From: Pyrinomonadaceae bacterium
Lineage (GTDB): Bacteria > Acidobacteriota > Blastocatellia > Pyrinomonadales > Pyrinomonadaceae
Direction: 5' to 3'
NCBI GenBank assembly: GCA_041748795.1
Contig: JBGTCM010000472.1
Coordinates: 1-46,757, forward strand
Length of the DNA stretch: 46,757 nucleotides
Position 1 is the first letter of the stretch; each line of letters starts with the position of its first letter. A program made the translations under genes and the position numbers. Below the pieces are notes generated by a model. It searched no databases and had not been told where the DNA came from. It worked only from the letters and a program-made list of their open reading frames with translations. Of this stretch, positions 1 to 7,400 are shown piece after piece.

Positions 1-217
1 ACAAAAAGTCGAATGAAGGGGTTCGCGAAGCGGTATCAGAACCGGAAGCGGTAGCGACCGGGTCACGGTTGGTAAGAACAGCCAAGCATTTCGCTGTCAA
101 CCATCGCCTTCGTAGATAGAGGCGACCCGGTCGCTACCACCACCCCAAGCGGGCTGCCCGCTTGGGGACCCCGGTTCGCGTCCGGTTCTGATTTATTCGG
201 CTTCGCCGACTTTTTGT
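1..217. repeat. Long imperfect inverted repeat (MITE-like or structured element). The arms share the blocks acaaaaagtcg / atcagaaccgga / ggtagcgaccgggtc. It encloses a nested perfect 11-bp palindrome at 143-167.
   Basis: Read directly. Bases 1-11 are the reverse complement of 207-217. atcagaaccgga (35-46) pairs with tccggttctgat (181-192). ggtagcgaccgggtc (50-64) pairs with gacccggtcgctacc (124-138). ccccaagcggg-ctg-cccgcttgggg lies at 143-167. Confidence 0.7.
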
Positions 218-366
218 GCAAAGCCGCTGTGAACCATTCTTAGTCATGGCCGAGGTTTTAGCACCATTACGCTTAACTTGGAACGCGGGCAACATCGCTA
301 ACGTCCGCTGATAATTTCGTTAATGTTAACGAATAGCTGACGAACTAAACGAGCCAGACGTCAACC

Positions 367-401
367 GGGGCGGGTCTCTATCGAGGCCCGCCCCTTTTTT
401 T
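367..401 (+). terminator. Rho-independent terminator-like hairpin, plus-strand orientation
   Basis: ggggcggg (367-374) pairs with cccgcccc (387-394). The stem extends through tctc/gagg around a tatc loop and is followed by a run of 7 T (395-401). No plus-strand CDS lies upstream within the window. Confidence 0.6.
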
Positions 402-452
402 CGCTCTCCATGCAGAGGGTTTGATTAATGTCGTATTGCGCGACTCGACGCC

Positions 453-3400
453 TTAGCAAATCTCCGGCGCAGCCACCAACCGCGACGTGCGAAGGATGCG
501 GTATTGGCCTAATTCGCGTGAGAGCGGGCGAACGGATGTGTCAGGGGTAGGTCCATGAATAAAGTACTGGTCATACCGGGGCATCATTTCCACGGCCAGC
601 ACACTTAGGCGAGTGTTCTTGTGCAGGTTAAACCTTTCCAGCAACGCTCGTATCTCTAACTCCGTCCACCGGCCGGCTCCAGTCGCTGGAGCGTCCAGGT
701 TTACCGAAACAATCTTAAACTTGTTCGGCACTGACTTAGGCTGAACAACTTCCAGCTTCAACTCGGTTAACAGGATATTCCGATTCTCTTTGCCATCCGC
801 CTGCCTCGTCTGCGCATAAAGCATGCACCAGATTTCCGACATGGGGGGCTTGCTGGTCACGTTCCTACCGCTGAAGACAGCCGTCGCATAATGGGCCGTA
901 GCGACTAACTCTTTCGGAGTGCGATCGACGAGAAGTTTGAGTGGCGGCGCGGGATGTTGCACACCGTTAACTCTTATTGGATGACCGAAGCGGCCCTTAG
1001 CTGTGCACCAGATTTGATTCGAGTGGCCCACCCTGATCTCATAGGTGAAGAACCCGAAGAGCTCATTAGATTCGTTATGCAATCCTGGAGGCAGTGGCAA
1101 TAAATAATGTACCGGGGAAATCTTGATTAATGCGTCCGGCTCGCTGGTCTCCGCCATCATCATTTGCATGGCGTCGATGCCGGCATTGTCGTTGGTCTGA
1201 TCGTTAGTAATGACGCGAATTAATTCATCACTGATGCCCAGCTTGGGATCTTCCTGCTTCACCATCACCTGGTCCATATTCGGGAAACTCAACAATGGAT
1301 CGGGCGCGTAGCTGAGTATCCTGGCAAAGTAGGTGTCGTTAGGATCTTTGATTGGATGTTCAAATTCCAGCCACAGGTAACGCTGGCGCACAGTTGTTTC
1401 AGAATATTCTTCGTCGCGTTGATAAGGCGAAAGCGCGTAGCCCGCAGCCACAACTTTCGGTACCTGGCTGGGTATTGTAGTGACGGGCAAATCCACATCT
1501 CGAGTGATGATTTGCTGATCGGCTGAGTCCGCCGTGACGCTGGGAATAAACTTTGGCGTCAACATATATTCAAGGTGCAGAGTGTTTGGGAAAGGGTTCG
1601 CCAGCGTAGCGGGTTTTCCCAGGTCTTTCTTTGGCTCGACCGCATCGATAAACAAGACGCGGGTATAGGTTCTGTCAGGATCGGTGGTGGCCACCCGGCT
1701 CGCAGTATCCTTCAGTTGCAAATACCCTACGACGTCAGTCTCGCGCGTGGCAGCCTCACCGGTGAATTGTTTCTCGCGACTAATCTCGATCCCCGTATCG
1801 CTCAGTCCCCTCCAGGTCCAATCCCGATTGATCTCAAACGACAGAACACATAACCAGTGATTGAAAAGATCTGCCTTGGTCGAGAAGGTCAGCGAAGAAT
1901 TATCCGGCGCCAGGGTATGCCTGATACGGTTGCTACAACCAAACTGAATTCGTTCGCCAGGTTTGCCTATTAAGGTCAACCCCGTGCAATCCACTTTCAG
2001 TTGCGAAGCCAAACGCTGCATCAGCGTGCTTTGCTCCAGTTCCTTGCCAGCTACAAGCTCCCACGTAAACGTTTGGGGGTTGTTGACTTTGGGCGGATCG
2101 GGCTGCAGGTAGATTCCTTGTAACTGCCGGGATTCCACATCCGTGCTGAAAAACTCTGTCTCCTCGGTTGCGTCTTCTCTCACAAAAAACTGGGTTGGCT
2201 CTCCGGCGCGCACGAATTCTCCAGCGATGATCGTTTCGGCAAAACCAAAATATTCAGGCTTATCTTCCTTCTCTGAGCAAACCGGCAGCAGAGTGATTCT
2301 TATGTCTCGTGATCTCGGCAAAACTATTTCGTCTGAATCATCGATGTCCGTTTGAGAAATGTTGAGATCACCATGGGTGATCTTGTTTTCAAAATCGAGC
2401 ACGTTAGCGTCGCGGTATTCCAGGGCGAGCGTAAATGGCTCCTCGGGATCAACGGAAAACGTTCGGAAGGTGGTATAGAGCGGGATGAAAGCCTCACGCT
2501 GATTAAGCGAGGCCAGGTTATCAAGTAATAACGACTTAACTTCCACGATCACCATGAAACGATCCACGTCAGGGTCAAAGTAGCTGACCTCACGTTGGTC
2601 CTTGATTCTCTCAAGGCCCACCTTTCCGGTATGGAGAAACAGTTTGTCGTCCAGGAGTTTCTGAAACGCATCGGCCGTGTCCATTTCAGTAAAGAGCAAA
2701 GCCGGATACCCGAGTCGAGGGCGGGCGACCTCGAATTCGTCTCCCTCGTAAAACACATTGGTGGATGAAGCGGGGTTGGGCTGGTCTATTCCGGGCACAA
2801 CCTTCAGTTGTTTTGGCGCCACGAATCTCTTGAAGATCACCGATGCGCTCTTTGCCGGCGCATCATTCAGCTCCCGGTCATCTTCGAGTGGGCCACCGCC
2901 GGTCATATCCGCAAGTCGAACTCGGAACTCATACTGCTTTCCATACTTCAGTTCAGGGTTCTCCGGAAGCAAAGGCTCATACAGCCCGCCTTTTTGGTCC
3001 GGCTTGGCATCGATCTTTGAATCACTGTAACTGCCGGGGTTAGCTAGTGCGCCGGAGTGGTCCAACGCGGCTGCTCGTTCGTCCGGCAAGACCAGCGATG
3101 GGCCATACCACTGGGTGAAGTAACTGGGTAACCAGAAAAGACCGGAGGGGTCGGCGTTTATTCTGGAGGGATAGACCTGCACGCCTGACTCCATCGGAGT
3201 AAGCGCCGGGGCGATTGACTCTCCCGCGAGCAGGAGCTCATCCTTGTTTTGGATTCGCACCAGCGAGGCCCAGGCGTTCTGCGGTTCCGCCTTCTCCCTA
3301 ACGTCCACGCGATAACTGAAAACTCCCAGCGGAGCGTCGATACGCGCTCCCGGCGTGGTCGGGTCGGCCAACACCTGGCGGTTTTGCCAGATGAGTAGTT

Positions 3401-4397
3401 GCTCATCGTCCCAGCCCAAACGGATTCCCGCGTCCTTCTGTACATGGATACCGTCAGGCTCTTCGCTCAGAATATTTGCGCTGACGGGTTGAAATGCATG
3501 GACGATTTTCGCGAAGCCGTCGTCGTAGTCGGCAGCCTCTATTTTGAGGAAATCAAATTCACCGTTTGGCGTCGCCGGTCCGGGAACCACCGGGAACAGC
3601 AATGCCGCAAACAATTGTCTTGGTCCATCAATATCGGGAATGCGCGCGGCATACTCCCTTAGCTCAACCGCAGGATTGACGATGCTAAACTGATTCAGCG
3701 GAGAAGTGAGATGAAAGTAGACCCAGCCGCCCTCGGCAAAATAGTCGGCGTCAGGCAAAGTCAGTGTCCACTGGTGTAACAAGCCGATGCTCTTAGCAAG
3801 TAGCGGTTGTCGCAGGCAGAATGCAATCACTCGTCCCCAGGTAATTTCATCGGCCGATTGTTGGAACGCGGGATTAAACTTAGTGTTCTTGAAAGCGCAG
3901 TGGTAGCTATCATCAGTCTTCGCAAACTCTGTTCGCGGATTAGTGAAGTTGAAGGCGCTGCGATAAGAGACCGGTAAATATTTCCGAATCCCTTCACTGT
4001 CCGCCCAGGGAGCTTCCGCGCCCATGTTCGTTGTTCCGCGAGGACTAGTAAGGGTCAGCTTAAACTGTGACGCCAGACCCTCGTAAATGAGTGGGAGGTT
4101 GGCGGGAAACGCGAGCGTTGTTGTTTGGGTGTTGGCCGTCACGCCTTCGCTGGCCAAAACAGCGGCGTTTGAAAATGGGTACGAACTCAATCCCCGAAGC
4201 GTCGTCACTTCGAGTTGAAGATTTGCACTGATGAACCGCGGAAGGTTCACACTGCCTCCGCCATTCAATTGACTTGGAAACGGCGACTGCAGATTTAGCA
4301 ATCCCTGGGTTGGCAGCAACAGCACGTTGAGCTCCAGTTGGTCGCCGGAGATGCGCTGCGGGAAAGTGAGAATGCGGAGTTTTTCAGGAAGTAGCAC
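453..4397 (-). CDS. Giant hypothetical protein, 1314 aa, no recognisable domain
   Basis: Uninterrupted 3945-nt ORF with a GTG start. It begins 33 nt after the stop of the upstream 1777-aa ORF on the same strand. By eye there is no signal peptide, no long hydrophobic helix and no catalytic motif. Confidence 0.85.
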   Translation of the reverse strand: MLLPEKLRILTFPQRISGDQLELNVLLLPTQGLLNLQSPFPSQLNGGGSVNLPRFISANLQLEVTTLRGLSSYPFSNAAVLASEGVTANTQTTTLAFPANLPLIYEGLASQFKLTLTSPRGTTNMGAEAPWADSEGIRKYLPVSYRSAFNFTNPRTEFAKTDDSYHCAFKNTKFNPAFQQSADEITWGRVIAFCLRQPLLAKSIGLLHQWTLTLPDADYFAEGGWVYFHLTSPLNQFSIVNPAVELREYAARIPDIDGPRQLFAALLFPVVPGPATPNGEFDFLKIEAADYDDGFAKIVHAFQPVSANILSEEPDGIHVQKDAGIRLGWDDEQLLIWQNRQVLADPTTPGARIDAPLGVFSYRVDVREKAEPQNAWASLVRIQNKDELLLAGESIAPALTPMESGVQVYPSRINADPSGLFWLPSYFTQWYGPSLVLPDERAAALDHSGALANPGSYSDSKIDAKPDQKGGLYEPLLPENPELKYGKQYEFRVRLADMTGGGPLEDDRELNDAPAKSASVIFKRFVAPKQLKVVPGIDQPNPASSTNVFYEGDEFEVARPRLGYPALLFTEMDTADAFQKLLDDKLFLHTGKVGLERIKDQREVSYFDPDVDRFMVIVEVKSLLLDNLASLNQREAFIPLYTTFRTFSVDPEEPFTLALEYRDANVLDFENKITHGDLNISQTDIDDSDEIVLPRSRDIRITLLPVCSEKEDKPEYFGFAETIIAGEFVRAGEPTQFFVREDATEETEFFSTDVESRQLQGIYLQPDPPKVNNPQTFTWELVAGKELEQSTLMQRLASQLKVDCTGLTLIGKPGERIQFGCSNRIRHTLAPDNSSLTFSTKADLFNHWLCVLSFEINRDWTWRGLSDTGIEISREKQFTGEAATRETDVVGYLQLKDTASRVATTDPDRTYTRVLFIDAVEPKKDLGKPATLANPFPNTLHLEYMLTPKFIPSVTADSADQQIITRDVDLPVTTIPSQVPKVVAAGYALSPYQRDEEYSETTVRQRYLWLEFEHPIKDPNDTYFARILSYAPDPLLSFPNMDQVMVKQEDPKLGISDELIRVITNDQTNDNAGIDAMQMMMAETSEPDALIKISPVHYLLPLPPGLHNESNELFGFFTYEIRVGHSNQIWCTAKGRFGHPIRVNGVQHPAPPLKLLVDRTPKELVATAHYATAVFSGRNVTSKPPMSEIWCMLYAQTRQADGKENRNILLTELKLEVVQPKSVPNKFKIVSVNLDAPATGAGRWTELEIRALLERFNLHKNTRLSVLAVEMMPRYDQYFIHGPTPDTSVRPLSRELGQYRILRTSRLVAAPEIC

Positions 4398-4430
4398 GAT
4401 GGTTATCTCTGTTGGTTAGTGAAAGTACAG

Positions 4431-7400
4431 CTACGCAATCTGACGACCCTCTTCCCAGGTGTCGGAAAACGAAATGTCGATGACCCAGAGGATTGTGATA
4501 TCAATCGAGAACGTGACTTGAGCTATGCAGTTGGTTTCATTAGCGGTACGCGTGACGGATCCGCCCGCTTCAATTTGAATAGTGACACCTACGAGGCCGC
4601 CGCAGATTTCCGCATGTCCGCGGAAGAGCATGAAGGCCCCGACCGTGACGGAGGTGGATGAAACGCCGACCTCGACCTCAATCATGTAAAGGACCGAAGC
4701 ATTGCCGACCACCGGCAGGCCCACCACTATTTCTACTCCAAAACCGAATTTCATTCTCAAAATGATTCCGGCTTTCGAGTCCGCTGCGATTCCAAGATTG
4801 GCCTGGCCCACAGCGTAGACACTGGCAGCGGCGAGAGTGAAACACATCACCTGAATCCGGCCGTAGAATTCGACGTAGGCGCCGCAGGCGGGAACCAGTT
4901 GTTTCAAATCGGTCGGGATTGCCATTAGCATGTTGAAATAGAAACCAACTTTCAGGCCGGCTTCCAATTTCAACGGGGGATTTGGATTGACACTTAACTG
5001 AGCGGGCGATGGGAATTTAATGACCGGAATCTCCTGGCTACAGTCGAATTTATATTCCCAACTGTCCGGCGAATTGCTCATGCCGACCTTCATGCCGTTG
5101 TCGAAATCATCACCCGAGAGCGTTGCCAGAATCTGAAGAATATCTTTTACAGTCTGCAGCACCGGCCCAAACTGCAGATTGGGCTTGTCGTATTTCGTGC
5201 TGGCGCCGCTTGACGCGTTAAAGTTCCCATCCACCCACATCAACCGGTCGAATGGACCAAGATCGACTACGATGCGAATATTCGATAAGGCAGCTTTCCA
5301 CTTATCTGCCAAAGCACCCGCCGAATCAATTCCGAGTTTGAGGTTTCCTGCGCCGCTGTTGCTTTGGTATTCAGCGTAGATTTTTAAGATCCCGGGCTCG
5401 TCCACAAAGGGATAGGAGAAGTTGGGCGGCTGCAGACTGCTGAGATTGAGATTTCTGTCAGCCATCTTCATCAGCCCTTCGCCGAGAATCTCAATTTCCT
5501 TTTCAGCATTGGTCAACGGCAGCGCGTTAGCGACGTTTGGAAACACCCCCTTGGAGTTGAGCAATTTGTAGGCATCGGCAAAATAGGTTTGGCTGCTCTT
5601 CAGCTTCTTCTCATTGGGCGCAAACTGTGGGATGTCGAAGAGTAATTTCTGCGTTCCGGTTGATTGGACCACACCGAAGTTGGAATTGGAGTCGGGCTTA
5701 ACCACGTCACGTGGATCGGCTATCCGGAATATTGAATCCCCCTGACGGCGGATCAGCGGCACACTCTTCCCTTCCTCGATTAGCTTTACGTCCTTCGTAT
5801 CGACTTGTTGGGTGACCACTGACCATGATCCGTCCTGCGGCAGGATCAGGGATCCGCGAACCGCGGCGGTAAAGATGTGATTGTCTGCATTGTCGAGGGC
5901 GGGATTCAAATCCACCCGCGCCAGGCGCATTTTTTGTTGGGAGTTTGCCACGTCGATGATGCAATCGACCGGGCCGCCCAGTGATCCATCCTGGAAGTTC
6001 AGAAGTTCGGCAAGCACTTTCGGCGGTATCAGGATCGACGAGGGCTTCAATTGGACGTAGCCCAGCATCTTTCGGGATTGGACTTTGAAGTCGCCCGCTA
6101 CCGTGTCCTTGACGCCACCGCTGGTGACGTTATCCAGATGAACGTCTCCGTCAAAGACCACGGCCTGGAGTTCCACGTCCAACTGATCATTAAAACTCCC
6201 AAGGCTGGCAAAAACCTTTTGCCACTCGACCAGACTGTTGATGCCGAGTTTGGTTGGCAAACCGCTTTCGTTCAGGCTGAATGACGACCCAAAGTTACCT
6301 GCCGCCGGGTAGTCTTTGATTTCGCGAACATCCGTAATGCCCTTCACTGCGCCTTTGTGAAACTCATAGGTGTTGTTAACCGGCACCTTATTGAAACCAA
6401 AAACGATCGAGTAGTTGCAGTCAAAGGTTGCGTCACTCTCGGCCTTCCAGCCTGAGTCCGAACGGAAAACATAACCGTTTGGTGAACGCATCAGGGTGAT
6501 GGTCCGGACCACATGAACGCAGCCAGCCTCCGTGTACATCACGCTTCGCACCTGAACCACTTCATGGGCCGTACGCCCAACCAGCACATCAAACTTCGCC
6601 TGGCTTACATCGGCAATCGTTGCTTCGTGATTGAACCAGTCACTAAACATGCTGGCGCCATAGCCCGAAAACTCTATCTTCTCCAGCGGAACCTTGGGCT
6701 TATCGACGGACATGATGTTGTTGAAGATTGTCTTGACCGTCTTGCCCAGTGTGCTGCCGGTGAGCGGAACCCCAAACAGTACCCACTTAATGTTGTTATC
6801 TATCTGAAGAGTTCTGCCGCTGAATGATGGGCGTTCGCCTAATGCTTTTGGTTTGAGCGCCACCGATTTGATTTGTAATCCACCATGCAGTTCATCGAAG
6901 TGCGGGCGATTGAAGGAAAGCCTGGCGGTGTCGTTGTTCGGGTTGCCGGCGTCGCGTTCAAAGCTGGCCTGCGCGATCAAGGCAAACGGTAACGTAAATA
7001 TTGAATGCAACTGGCGGGCGGTTTGCTCGTCGTTGTATTCCTTTATGAAATGTTTGGTCACCGAAAGAGGCGTGACCGGAACCAGGTATGGGCTTTCGGA
7101 GAAAAAGCGCGTGGGTGGCCCATCGTCGTCGTAGACTACCAATCCCGGAGTGATCGTGATCAAATCATCCAGCCAGTCGTTGATGTTGAAAGGGCCTTCG
7201 ACCGGCAAAGGGATGTTTGAAATTGGTTCCCAGGAGATCTGGGGCAAGGTCAGAGCTCGCAGGTTCTGCGCTACTCCGACTACGTCCATGTTCAGGATCT
7301 GAAGCGGCATCCCGGACACCAACATCAACGAGTTCGTTGCTCCAGAAAGGTTGGCATTGCCTCGCTCGTCGTTCTTCACTCGTATTGCAGTTCCCCAACT

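Noticed and set aside
246-311. A 21-codon ORF (MAEVLAPLRLTWNAGNIANVR) upstream of the orphan terminator.
   Set aside because: No Shine-Dalgarno and no recognisable peptide family. There is insufficient evidence to call it a gene.
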